Source of the DNA: an uncultured virus (IMG/VR IMGVR_UViG_3300020049_012467)
Taxonomy: Duplodnaviria > Heunggongvirae > Uroviricota > Caudoviricetes
Direction: 5' to 3' (one strand)
DNA length: 60,980 nucleotides
IMG/VR virus record: IMGVR_UViG_3300020049_012467
This document shows positions 30,501 to 38,852 of this stretch, in pieces (positions within the stretch are counted from its first letter, which is position 1; every line of letters starts with the position of its first letter). The notes beneath the pieces were generated by a model, which had not been told where the DNA came from, did not search any database, and saw only the letters and a program-made list of their open reading frames with translations. A program made the position numbers and the translations under genes.

Positions 30501-30909
30501 GCCGAAAGACATGAAATATTCTGTCAGCAAGAACGCTGGCAAGACTAAGACTCCGCGCTCGCACACGATCACCAAGGAAGAAGGCGCAATCATCCGCAAG
30601 GTCGCCAAGCAGGCTGGTGGATGGATTGTGCAAATTCAGGATCGTCGCGGAAATAATGGGCAGACTTCGCTCAACGCCCTGACGTTTGGCTGGAACAGGT
30701 CTGACGCTGGCGACAATCAGTGGGCAATCACCAAGTGCCCGGCAATCCCTCTCGCCGACGGATTGGCCGAAGTGGACGTGGCGACGTATTCCGGCACGTA
30801 TCAGGACCGCGACCTGTACGGACATATTATCCTGCACATCGACGGCGGTGGTCTGCACAAGATTACTTCGACCAGCGCTGACGGTCGTACTCTGTGGAAA
30901 AAATCATGA
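27547..30909 (+). CDS. Large basic modular (polyprotein-like) protein, putative internal virion protein
   Basis: About 1120 aa; repeated NLAAL and DRTEEVA motifs; H1-like KKAAKK tract. Confidence 0.75.
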   Translation: MINYVKLASRCEQLMGTEGSAYGLMAYLREEHASGIQKDELVSKTLPLHQALKRFFSVTSLKDHPRGMDVFKSYFMAYLDKIGVKLTEQASTLDETEELALDPTQEVRQFFRKRRAELTRTALRLAPMGWKHTKMQAVDHPFESKFSRPVGSKGKRISVYVVFLRKENIWQATASTGEFKPHDKANHIVARNDNLLRAIKNAALSVKKKFLTKASAETAFIKGMKPAQVKDRRNVVAFVKFLGAHGYKPVKFKAGDKRKPRPDNREGQKVIQLFAKGYEAAKVRSYVEIFYGSKRPTYVVTAHSPRADAKSHVRAIPATEEALKHSLQIITDTIEDCAVKHGKAHKDTAAMTTERAKANLAALKREPEVAARGEKIIEEKHGLVVYVDTTMGKDDGNNLFVRFKGKPDSSSLHAAANEGEIATGDEYKKLNSTQVAWLWRMIDHLQDDDAEEASVEEAAAKKKAGKKPKTDNTAYLAFARPVWAAFKKVNGSGFPAVSNVKDGKVHVAVRNSSMDTDDIKAIIPAEVFQSVAHLKTTDSGTHIFVCKFDNGLGGKSAFAKKTKVAASVSTDADRVARNLAALSGKRAEKKPETAATDRTEEVAVFGLKNLFQKKKIKDIGDLIPLMYRKSGVPFPLRSHETNTNKTTKTNVENKRYVNDPKSNKQVKHSVSEIEEDKRETKYVARCRLEDSKDGETVSLLAFHPFDPRFKKFRVIVGKKAEFKGDRRMDMLNEAINKSWTHVEAFMNKRLSKKKFKKTKRIEENREERSLASTASDRTEEVALIDPISAISGSIFAGMLIGTLAVNLLEEADAKKHLKKNYGEWHKYRYKGKVGTLYYKLDRPRSGKDGSSGGYVTFANAASDDAKYIKKYSMSWKNPHMQFITHAKDFCRDVVRDMKQKANDKKKAQRQAERKRIATANLAALNVEQAARKPAKKAAKKVAKKVAKKKSPAKASVKKSAKVTKAADDFEMFPHQKEAMKQIKALPKDMKYSVSKNAGKTKTPRSHTITKEEGAIIRKVAKQAGGWIVQIQDRRGNNGQTSLNALTFGWNRSDAGDNQWAITKCPAIPLADGLAEVDVATYSGTYQDRDLYGHIILHIDGGGLHKITSTSADGRTLWKKS

Positions 30910-32495
30910 CAACGAGAAAACAGCGTGCGGCCGAAAATCTGACGGCCCTCAAACTGTCCGGGCTGCACGCGTCGTTTGGGTATGATCCTGAACTCGCCGC
31001 CAAGATGGGCAAGTACAAGAAGCCCGCCAAGAAAGCTGCGAAGAAGGCTGCAAAGAAAAAATCACCGGCGAAGAAGCCTGTGAAGAAGCCTGTTCGCAAA
31101 CCGGCAAAGAAGGCTCCTGCGAAAAAGCCTGTCGCCAAGCCTGCAAGCCTGCAAGAGTTGAAGGCGAAATCCGACAAGCTGCAAGCGGCGTGGCTGACGG
31201 CAATCAAAAAGGTTGTGCCCGGTGCGACCGAATGGGATTGGCATCACTCCATCGATCCCGTCAAGAGCAATATGAAGCGCCCCAAGGCCGACTACGCAAA
31301 GCTGAAGGCCAGCAAGGCAATAAAGGACGCGCATAAAAAATTCATCAAGGCGTTGCATGCGTTCTATGTGGCGCGTGATGGCGATGGCGGCGTGCTTGGG
31401 CGGTATCCTGCTGTTACTCAGGCTCCGAGCAAAGCGCCGGTCGCCAAACCTGTCGGCAAGATGGGTGCGGCGCCAAAGGCCAAAATCGAAAAGCCGCAGG
31501 GCAAGGGAATTCCGGCCACAATTTTTTACAAGCAACTCGCTGAACTGGTGAAGGTTGCAGCGGGTGGCGACATTGACGACGTTGCGCCTCTCAAAGACGT
31601 GTTTGACTACGTGAAATCCAAACACCCCAACGTCACCAAGGAAGGGTTCATGCAATCCCTGCGCGACGGGATTGTTGGCGAACGCATCGAAGGACACAAG
31701 TTCCATCCGCGCGGCCGCAACTTTGGCAAGCCCGACAAGGACTGGTCGATAAAAATTGGCTCTGACACGTTCTACTTTGCCTCGTACAAGCCCGAAGAAG
31801 TCGACGAGAACGGCAAAGAGTACAAGACGGACGAAGCCGCGACCGAAGAACTGAAGGACAACGAAAAATTTCTTCAGAGCAAAGGCTGGGACGTGCGGCC
31901 TCGCAAGCTTGGCTTCCATGCGACCAAAGGCAAAGTCGAAATCGATGTTCGCTGGTATGACAGCACAGAATTCCGCGCTACGGTTGAAGGCGGAAAATTC
32001 TACGTCATGAGAGAGTTCAACGGCGAAGACCTTGAAACGATCATGGACGAAATCATTGACGACTTTGATCGCGTGGGCGAGACTGCGGCAGCCAAGAAGA
32101 AAAAATCTGCCAAGCGCAAACCGGCAAAGAAGAAAGCGCCCGCCAAGCGCAAGGCTGCGCCGAAACCGAAAGCCAAGCGCGGGCCTACGCCTGAAATGCT
32201 GGCGGCAATGGCAGAGTTGCGCACAAACCCGTATCTGTTCTTCCGCAAGCACGGATCGCAGCGCACGCGGCAGGTTCTCAACGCGTTGCCGATTGCGCAG
32301 GTTCGCAAGTGGGCAAAGTCGCTGAATATTTCCAGCGGCACCAAGAAGTCTGAACTCGACGCCATCATCAAGCTGATGGAAACAGAGACGGACAACGCTC
32401 GCCGCCTGCTGACAAAGGCTGTTCCGGCGGTCAAGAACCTTCGCGCATACGTGAAAAAATTCCGTGCGGCTCTCAACGTCATGCGGAAAGGCTAA
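30906..32495 (+). CDS. Basic modular protein with histone-H1-like KPAKK repeats
   Basis: ENLTAL leader; KKPAKKAAKKAAKKKSPAKKPVKKPVRKPAKKAPAKK. Confidence 0.75.
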   Translation: MTTRKQRAAENLTALKLSGLHASFGYDPELAAKMGKYKKPAKKAAKKAAKKKSPAKKPVKKPVRKPAKKAPAKKPVAKPASLQELKAKSDKLQAAWLTAIKKVVPGATEWDWHHSIDPVKSNMKRPKADYAKLKASKAIKDAHKKFIKALHAFYVARDGDGGVLGRYPAVTQAPSKAPVAKPVGKMGAAPKAKIEKPQGKGIPATIFYKQLAELVKVAAGGDIDDVAPLKDVFDYVKSKHPNVTKEGFMQSLRDGIVGERIEGHKFHPRGRNFGKPDKDWSIKIGSDTFYFASYKPEEVDENGKEYKTDEAATEELKDNEKFLQSKGWDVRPRKLGFHATKGKVEIDVRWYDSTEFRATVEGGKFYVMREFNGEDLETIMDEIIDDFDRVGETAAAKKKKSAKRKPAKKKAPAKRKAAPKPKAKRGPTPEMLAAMAELRTNPYLFFRKHGSQRTRQVLNALPIAQVRKWAKSLNISSGTKKSELDAIIKLMETETDNARRLLTKAVPAVKNLRAYVKKFRAALNVMRKG

Positions 32496-32525
32496 ACCAA
32501 CACTCGAATAGCTGGGAGGCTGGAC

Positions 32526-32792
32526 ATGGGCGATATTCTCGATCTGGCGTGGTACTGGTTCTACATGACGTATCTGGCGGGTTTCATTGTTGCGGGTCTA
32601 ATCCTGACAATGCTTCCCGACAGGAACAGCAAATTCAGCATTGAAGAAACGCTTGGCATGGCTGCAATGTGGTGGCTCATTGTCATCTGGATGCTGGTCT
32701 TTCTGTTTCGCGTCGTTCCCGGCATGTTTTCGAACAAGCCTGCACGGCAGAAAAAATCATCGCGAAAATCGTCCGGGCTGTTCTTCAAGTAA
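32526..32792 (+). CDS. Two-TM membrane protein
   Basis: GGAGG RBS; two hydrophobic helices and a basic tail. Confidence 0.7.
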   Translation: MGDILDLAWYWFYMTYLAGFIVAGLILTMLPDRNSKFSIEETLGMAAMWWLIVIWMLVFLFRVVPGMFSNKPARQKKSSRKSSGLFFK

Positions 32793-32805
32793 CCGGGTAA
32801 ACACA

Positions 32806-32912
32806 ACTCGCCAGCGTTTCCACACCACGCCTCGCCCCTTTGGTTGGTGCTCACGCTGGTAAGAGTAGCCGCCCCGGCCCTTGGACCGTCATCCGAGAGA
32901 AGCCGGGGCGGC
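32806..32912 (+). ncRNA. Candidate small RNA: two long hairpins
   Basis: CCAGCGT/ACGCTGG stem with TCGCCCCTT loop; GCCGCCCCGGC/GCCGGGGCGGC stem. Confidence 0.4.
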
Positions 32913-33180
32913 GAACGAAGGAAATTATTCTACGCTGCGGACACTTTGAGCGATTGTCCATAGAATCCCTTCTGGCATACGTCGCACTTCATACGTTGCC
33001 CGCAGTCAATAGCGGAAACCCCCGACCCCTTCTGGATCGTCGGGGGTTTGCCGTTTCAAGGCCCGCGCCCGCCATGTTTATATGGGTTTTCGAGGCGTTT
33101 ACGGTTTCTCAACCAATCCGCTTTATGCTGTCCTAAGTCGCCGGGCAATCCCGCCTGAGACGACACACGGAAAAAATGCC

Positions 33181-33441
33181 ATGCTTAACCTCATCAAGAA
33201 ACTCTCGACCAAAGCCGACCCTGCCGCTGACGCGTTCATCGCCGGGCTGCGTCACAACGAAGGCCGTGCGGAACCGTGGTTCGGCGCCATCGAGCCGCAG
33301 ATCGACCTTGGCGGACGCGTCGGCCACGTCATGACGGATGCTCACGATGTGCGTGTCCAGTTCGCCAGCGCCGTCGCCCGCCGCAACGTGATCAGCAAGA
33401 TTACCAACGAGCGCCGCGTCAGCTTCCAGAACGCCGCGTAA
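33181..33441 (+). CDS. Hypothetical protein
   Basis: Highly biased codons; followed by a terminator. Confidence 0.65.
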   Translation: MLNLIKKLSTKADPAADAFIAGLRHNEGRAEPWFGAIEPQIDLGGRVGHVMTDAHDVRVQFASAVARRNVISKITNERRVSFQNAA

Positions 33442-33467
33442 GACGGCAAGAAAAAATAGCGCGAATG

Positions 33468-33505
33468 AAACCCGGCCAGCCCTGAAAAGCTGAGCCGGGT
33501 TTTTC
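33468..33505 (+). terminator. Intrinsic terminator
   Basis: AAACCCGGC...GCCGGGTTTTT. Confidence 0.75.
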
Positions 33506-33655
33506 ATGTCCAACGTTTAATGCCAGTTTCCAGCGCCGCTTCAAGGCGTTACGAGAATATCCGCGCGCTACGGTGAATTCGCGCGTTCTTTTGCAATCCC
33601 GGCCTAATTATTTGGGTCTGCATGTCGCAGACTTTCTTTGCAAAGGAAACTCCAA

Positions 33656-34768
33656 ATGAGAAAACTGGCACTGGCCGTATCGGCCATTGTCTTGGCCGCG
33701 CTGGCTCCCGCCGCGTGGGCTCAAGAACCTGAAGCCCCTCCCACGTTGACTGAAGCCGTCACTGAAGCGGTGGAAGAAAAAATCGACGAAGTTGTTGCCG
33801 AAGAAGTTCTGGCGGCAGACGTTCTCGATGTGATTGAAGACCTTGTGTCTGAAGCCATCGAAGCCGCAGACGCCGAGGAACTGGTCAGCGATGCAGTCGA
33901 AACCATCGTCACCACCATTGTCGAAGAATCGGCAGCCCCGCAGGAAGAAAAAATCGAAGCCGCAATCGAAACGGCTGACGAAGCTACTGCTGGCGATGAA
34001 GTCGTTCTGGACAACGCCGACGTACTCGGATGGATTGAGGACGTTGTCGAACTGGCGGAGGAAACTGCCGCTGATGTGACTTCGGAAGAAGTGATCGAAG
34101 CAGTCGAGGAAAATATTTCCGAAGAACTGCCTGCTGAAACCATCGACGCCGCCGTGCCGGAAATCACGGCCGACGTTGTTGAGACTGTGACCAGCGAAGA
34201 AACGGTCGCTGAAATCGTCGCTGAACTGACGGAAGAACTGCCCAACGTCCCGACCGAAACCATTGAAGCTGCCGTTGAAGCGGAAATTTCCGAACAGACG
34301 CCCAGCATTGAAGGCGAAGTGAAAGACGAAGTGGCCGACGCCGTTGAAGAAACGGTTGAAGACGCTGTTGCCGAAGCTGCTCCCATCACGGAAGCCGCCG
34401 CCGACATTATGACCGATCCGGTCGTTGCCGACACTGTTGAGGAAATTATTTCCGAAACGGCGCCGGAAGTTGTCGCGGACGTGATTGAAGAAGCCGCCGA
34501 AGAAGCCGAAGTCGTCGTTGAGTCGACCGAACCGGCTGCCCCGGCTGCCCCGGCTGCTGAAGCTCCTGCCGCTGAAGCCCCCGCTGCTGAGCCGACGCCT
34601 GCGCCGCAACCGGAAGCCCCGGCTGCCGCTGCGCCTTCGACGGAAACTCTGCAAGCTGTCCTCGACAACCTGCGCGGTGCGCTGGAAGCCATGGGCATCT
34701 TCGCGGAAAAAATCACGGTCAAGGAACTCGTGATCAACAAGCTGACGTTCAACGACGTTACCTTCTAG
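33656..34768 (+). CDS. Secreted, extremely Glu/Ala/Val-rich protein
   Basis: Sec signal MRKLALAVSAIVLAALAPAAWA, then acidic helical repeats and a PAA linker. Confidence 0.8.
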   Translation: MRKLALAVSAIVLAALAPAAWAQEPEAPPTLTEAVTEAVEEKIDEVVAEEVLAADVLDVIEDLVSEAIEAADAEELVSDAVETIVTTIVEESAAPQEEKIEAAIETADEATAGDEVVLDNADVLGWIEDVVELAEETAADVTSEEVIEAVEENISEELPAETIDAAVPEITADVVETVTSEETVAEIVAELTEELPNVPTETIEAAVEAEISEQTPSIEGEVKDEVADAVEETVEDAVAEAAPITEAAADIMTDPVVADTVEEIISETAPEVVADVIEEAAEEAEVVVESTEPAAPAAPAAEAPAAEAPAAEPTPAPQPEAPAAAAPSTETLQAVLDNLRGALEAMGIFAEKITVKELVINKLTFNDVTF

Positions 34769-34801
34769 GCTAACGCCGACCAAACTGACGAACTGAAGCG
34801 A

Positions 34802-34830
34802 GCGGCCACCGGGAAACTGGTGGCCGTTTT
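34802..34830 (+). terminator. Intrinsic terminator
   Basis: GCGGCCACC-GGGAAACT-GGTGGCCGTTTT. Confidence 0.75.
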
Positions 34831-34977
34831 GCTTTGTCCAAACGTGGACAAATATTTCTTCTGAAAATCACCCCAAAAACGAACACAGCGCAGAAAGCCT
34901 TATAGAATGGGCCTTCTGAACGAGTCGCTAAATCAATGGGCGAAGGAAGACCCTTCGTAATCTCATGGAGAACTGCA

Positions 34978-35172
34978 ATGGCGAAACTCAACGTCGGCGA
35001 TATCTGGAAAAACCGCGCCGGAAATAAAGTCGAGATTGTTGCTGTCGGCTTTGAAGGCGACAAGCCTGTCACGGCGCGCAACGTCGAAACCGGCGCTGCC
35101 ATCCCTCTGACGAACGCTGGCAAGGCTGGCGGCGGCGCAGACTCGCTCGACCTGATCAAGAAAGTCGGCTAA
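34978..35172 (+). CDS. Small beta-rich protein
   Basis: GGAG RBS; MAKLNVGDIWKNRAGNKVEIVAV; own terminator at ~35199-35231. Confidence 0.7.
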   Translation: MAKLNVGDIWKNRAGNKVEIVAVGFEGDKPVTARNVETGAAIPLTNAGKAGGGADSLDLIKKVG

Positions 35173-35292
35173 TCCTCAGACTTTCCATGACTTGCGGGAG
35201 CCCGGTCTGCTTGGTTGCGGGCCGGGCTTTTGCTTTCTAGGCGCGCCTGTGCTAGATTCACATCACCACTCAAACAGGAAAGAAATATTTCC

Positions 35293-36045
35293 ATGAATTC
35301 CATCGTCAAGGTTCTCCCGGTTGCCGAAAAAGCCAGCGCCGCCGGATGGGTAGTCCAGCGCCGCTACAAGGACTATCGCGAATGGGGCCGCTGGGACGTT
35401 GTAGTGATGGGTGATGGCGATGACCGCCGTCGTCTGGAATTCGACACGGAAGTTGAAGCGACGGCGGCGTTTCTCATGGCCGTCGAAGAAACGGAAAAAA
35501 TGTTTGCCGCAGCCGCAGCCGAAGACGAGCACGAAGCTCGCCCGAAGACGGGGCGCAAGAAGACAGCAGCGAAGAAGGAACTGTCGCCCATCCAGTTTCG
35601 TCTGGTGCATCTGTTCACCGACAAGGTTGTGCAGCACGTCGAAATACAGATGCCGCCGAAGAAAAAATTCGTCTACCGCTCGCCGGTGCATGTGATCGAA
35701 CTCAAGTTTCCCCTTGTCGTCCTGCTCGCGCGCGATATCAATACGGACGACGAAGACGACGAAATCTCTGAACACGACCAGCGCGAGCGCGAGTTTCCGG
35801 TCGGACAACGCTTCTCTGCAATCCGCAACGGCGGCGCGTACATTGCGCACTATCATCAGGATGGGGAAGAGAAATATTTCGCCATTTCGCAATCCCATGT
35901 GAACGTTCTCGAACGCGATCCGGATTTCGCTGTCGTCGCAACGTCCGAAGCCAAAGCCGTCGCGCCGCGCGATACCGACGAGGACGGCGAGAACTGCGGC
36001 AAGGATGATCCCGACGCAGACGATTACGACTCCGACGAAGACTAG
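35293..36045 (+). CDS. Hypothetical protein
   Basis: AGGA RBS; acidic tail. Confidence 0.7.
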   Translation: MNSIVKVLPVAEKASAAGWVVQRRYKDYREWGRWDVVVMGDGDDRRRLEFDTEVEATAAFLMAVEETEKMFAAAAAEDEHEARPKTGRKKTAAKKELSPIQFRLVHLFTDKVVQHVEIQMPPKKKFVYRSPVHVIELKFPLVVLLARDINTDDEDDEISEHDQREREFPVGQRFSAIRNGGAYIAHYHQDGEEKYFAISQSHVNVLERDPDFAVVATSEAKAVAPRDTDEDGENCGKDDPDADDYDSDED

Positions 36046-36075
36046 ACGCATCAACTGCATCAAAGGGGACGTGCC

Positions 36076-36369
36076 ATGAAACACCTTGCAATTATTTCTT
36101 TCGGATTGATCCTCGCCGCTTCGTGCGGCGGGGAGGTTCCGGTTCCGCTTACCGAACGCGACAAGATTCGCATTGAGACTGCGCATCGCCTTGGACGCGG
36201 CTGCATTCTGTCAAACACTTCGTACGGTGGTTGCCGCGACTTTTGCCAAGACGAATTTGTCTATGGCGATTTCAGCTACCCGCTCAAGTATGACTTGCGT
36301 GATGCATGCTGGAAAGGCGTCACGCATCAGCAGAAAATAAAATCCGACGCCATGGAACAAGCCCAATAA
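36076..36369 (+). CDS. Putative lipoprotein
   Basis: Lipobox LAASC after a hydrophobic signal. Confidence 0.65.
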   Translation: MKHLAIISFGLILAASCGGEVPVPLTERDKIRIETAHRLGRGCILSNTSYGGCRDFCQDEFVYGDFSYPLKYDLRDACWKGVTHQQKIKSDAMEQAQ

Positions 36370-36399
36370 GGCGCGCAAAGCGCAACGAAGGAAATAATC

Positions 36400-36663
36400 A
36401 TGCCGTTCACTCAAGTTCCTCTCGAACGTCTTCGCCCTGAACACGCTGCGCACTACATTCCCGAACGCCGCTACATGGTTCGCGGCCTGTGGAAGCTGTG
36501 GATGCCAATCGGAATTTCGCCGCTGGATAAATTTTCCACGATAGATAAGGCGATGGATCGGGTCACTCAGGCGAAGCTTGTGGAAACAGCGAAAGAGCGT
36601 GTCGAGTATCGAATCAGGCTGGTTCGGTCCGAAACAGTGCTTCTGATCAAGTATTCCCCGTAA
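36400..36663 (+). CDS. Hypothetical protein
   Basis: AAGGA RBS. Confidence 0.6.
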   Translation: MPFTQVPLERLRPEHAAHYIPERRYMVRGLWKLWMPIGISPLDKFSTIDKAMDRVTQAKLVETAKERVEYRIRLVRSETVLLIKYSP

Positions 36664-36686
36664 ATGCTGGTGTTTCGGGCCGCAGT

Positions 36687-36715
36687 TGGCATTTTCGCCC
36701 CGACTATGGTAAAAT
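36687..36715 (+). promoter_or_regulatory. Promoter TTGGCA-N18-TAAAAT with extended TG
   Basis: TATGGTAAAAT element that recurs in the window. Confidence 0.55.
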
Positions 36716-36755
36716 GGTTTCAGCCATAGAACCACCCAACCGAAGGAACCACGTC

Positions 36756-37625
36756 ATGAATATTTCCAACCAACTGCGCTTCAACACCATCTTCAACGTG
36801 CCGTCGCCAATGCTGCCCTATTGGCCGTACCCGGTCATGGTCATTGATGCGGCGGAAGTCGAACGGGTCGGTGAACTCTGCATCGGAAATATTCTCGTCC
36901 CTATCATTCCCATGACGCGGGAAGAAGTCGAACGCGCCGAAGCGTTTGCAGACCTGCAAGCGGAAGCCGAATTCTCGCAAGAGGAAATGGATCGTATCAG
37001 CGACGACGAAATGGACGGCTTGTTCAATCGCATGGCTGACGACGCCAACGATTTTTCTCCGGACGTGTACGGCTACGATCACGACGATGAAGACATGCTG
37101 TTCGACGGCGAAGACATGGCGCTGGAAGCCTACCCGCCGTTGACTCCGGAACAGGAAGACGCCATCGACCGCGCCGTTGCGCAGTATCAGGATATGACTG
37201 GCGGGGAAATTATTTCCGGTGAGCCGTTCGAACCGCTGCAACGCATTGAAGGCCACACGCTTGGCGAATTGCTGGACAGCATTGACGAGAAAGGCGTGTC
37301 GATGAAGGAAAAATTCAGCCTCAACTCTGCAATCAACGCCCGGTTCGGCGCTGCAACGTGCATCAAGTGCAATTACGCTGTCCACAACTGCGAATGCGAG
37401 GGCGGCGCAATCATCGGCATGGACATTGCGAAAGTCGAGGAACAAGAGTTTCAGGCGAGGCTAGATAAAAATTTGCCCGGCGACCGTCTTATCGCAGAGC
37501 TAGACAACGCCATCGAAGATGAAGCCGAGAAGGCGCGGCCACGCTGCATGTTCTGCGGCGAAGACCAAGCTGACTGCCTCAGCGCTGGCGGACACGACAT
37601 GAACGGCGACAAGGTCAGCCGCTAG
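36756..37625 (+). CDS. Acidic protein with two small Cys clusters
   Basis: CIKC....NCEC and CMFC.....C. Confidence 0.7.
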   Translation: MNISNQLRFNTIFNVPSPMLPYWPYPVMVIDAAEVERVGELCIGNILVPIIPMTREEVERAEAFADLQAEAEFSQEEMDRISDDEMDGLFNRMADDANDFSPDVYGYDHDDEDMLFDGEDMALEAYPPLTPEQEDAIDRAVAQYQDMTGGEIISGEPFEPLQRIEGHTLGELLDSIDEKGVSMKEKFSLNSAINARFGAATCIKCNYAVHNCECEGGAIIGMDIAKVEEQEFQARLDKNLPGDRLIAELDNAIEDEAEKARPRCMFCGEDQADCLSAGGHDMNGDKVSR

Positions 37626-37652
37626 AAATATTTCGCTCAAAGGGGACTGACA

Positions 37653-37964
37653 ATGAATCCGAACAAACGCGACCTGAGCAAGATGGGCAAGGCTGGGAAA
37701 AGCATCAACCTTCGCGACCACAAGCCTGAACCTGTGCAGCACGGCTTCTTCACCTACGACGAAAGCACCAACGCGCGCTCAATGCTGGTGGAGCCTGACG
37801 AGCGCATCACGTGCATTCTGCCGGACGGAGAAATTATTCACCTTCAGATTCAACACGGGGAACTGAAGGTGTCCAAGAGCCCGAACGACGCCAAGGGCGG
37901 GTCGGCTCGCAGCCATGCAATCAGCATTACCCCGCATTCCTCCAACGTCTTCATGGTGAAGTAG
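37653..37964 (+). CDS. Hypothetical protein, probable paralogue of the next gene
   Basis: ITCILPDGEIIHLQIQHGELKVSK. Confidence 0.65.
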   Translation: MNPNKRDLSKMGKAGKSINLRDHKPEPVQHGFFTYDESTNARSMLVEPDERITCILPDGEIIHLQIQHGELKVSKSPNDAKGGSARSHAISITPHSSNVFMVK

Positions 37965-38351
37965 ATGCCTGCCAAGAAAAAACCCGCTCCCGAGAAACTC
38001 ACTGCCGCACAGAAGCGCGGCATGAAGATTATCGCCAACAACATTGCAAAGGCGAGCAAGGTCGCCGCCAGCAAACGGAAAAAATTACCGCCGTCGCCGG
38101 GATGGTACATTCCCAACAGCAATCCGGCTTTCGCTGCACACGGCCTTGAAGGGCTCAAGGCTTACGGAAATAATAACGGCGTTCGTCGCATCAACCGCGA
38201 GCAGCCAGTCATTGTCATCCTCGAAAGCGGACTGATGATACGCCTGCAAGTCGTTGACGATGAACTCTGCATCATCAAGGGCCGCGACGAGAAAGAGAAC
38301 AACTCCATCATTGTGCGCGGCGACACCTACAAGTCGCTGTACGTGAAATAA
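37965..38351 (+). CDS. Hypothetical protein, probable paralogue of the previous gene
   Basis: VIVILESGLMIRLQVVDDELCIIK. Confidence 0.65.
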   Translation: MPAKKKPAPEKLTAAQKRGMKIIANNIAKASKVAASKRKKLPPSPGWYIPNSNPAFAAHGLEGLKAYGNNNGVRRINREQPVIVILESGLMIRLQVVDDELCIIKGRDEKENNSIIVRGDTYKSLYVK

Positions 38352-38368
38352 TCAGGAAGGAACCTGCA

Positions 38369-38809
38369 ATGTCGAACAACATGCCTCTGGAAGCCCGCGT
38401 CGCTGAGCGTATCAAGAACAGCGAACTCGGACAATTTTTCACCGACGACGACCTGACTGACATTGTGCGCCGCGCAATTCAGGAGGCGTTCTTCAAGCCG
38501 CGTCCCGATCCGAAGACGGCGAACAGCTATCACTATCAGGATCGCAAGGAACTGCCGCCGCTCGTGGTGGAAGTCGCCATCGCAACCTTCAAGGAAAAAT
38601 TTGCTGCACTCGCAGGCCCCATGGTGGAAGAACTGTTCGCCATGCCAGAGTTTCGCGAACAGGCGGCAAAGACAATCTTTTCGACCATTGCGCGCCACGG
38701 CGACGCAGTGCTGGAAGAAAAGGTTCAGCGTGGCGTCTACGACATGTTCATGAACAACTCCAACGGCCTGCTGGACATTATCGTCAACGCGGTCCGCAAC
38801 AAACAGTAG
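38369..38809 (+). CDS. Hypothetical helical protein
   Basis: AAGGA RBS. Confidence 0.7.
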   Translation: MSNNMPLEARVAERIKNSELGQFFTDDDLTDIVRRAIQEAFFKPRPDPKTANSYHYQDRKELPPLVVEVAIATFKEKFAALAGPMVEELFAMPEFREQAAKTIFSTIARHGDAVLEEKVQRGVYDMFMNNSNGLLDIIVNAVRNKQ

Positions 38810-38852
38810 CGTAATTTTTTCTCAACCTCCAAACCAAACAAGGAAACCTCCA

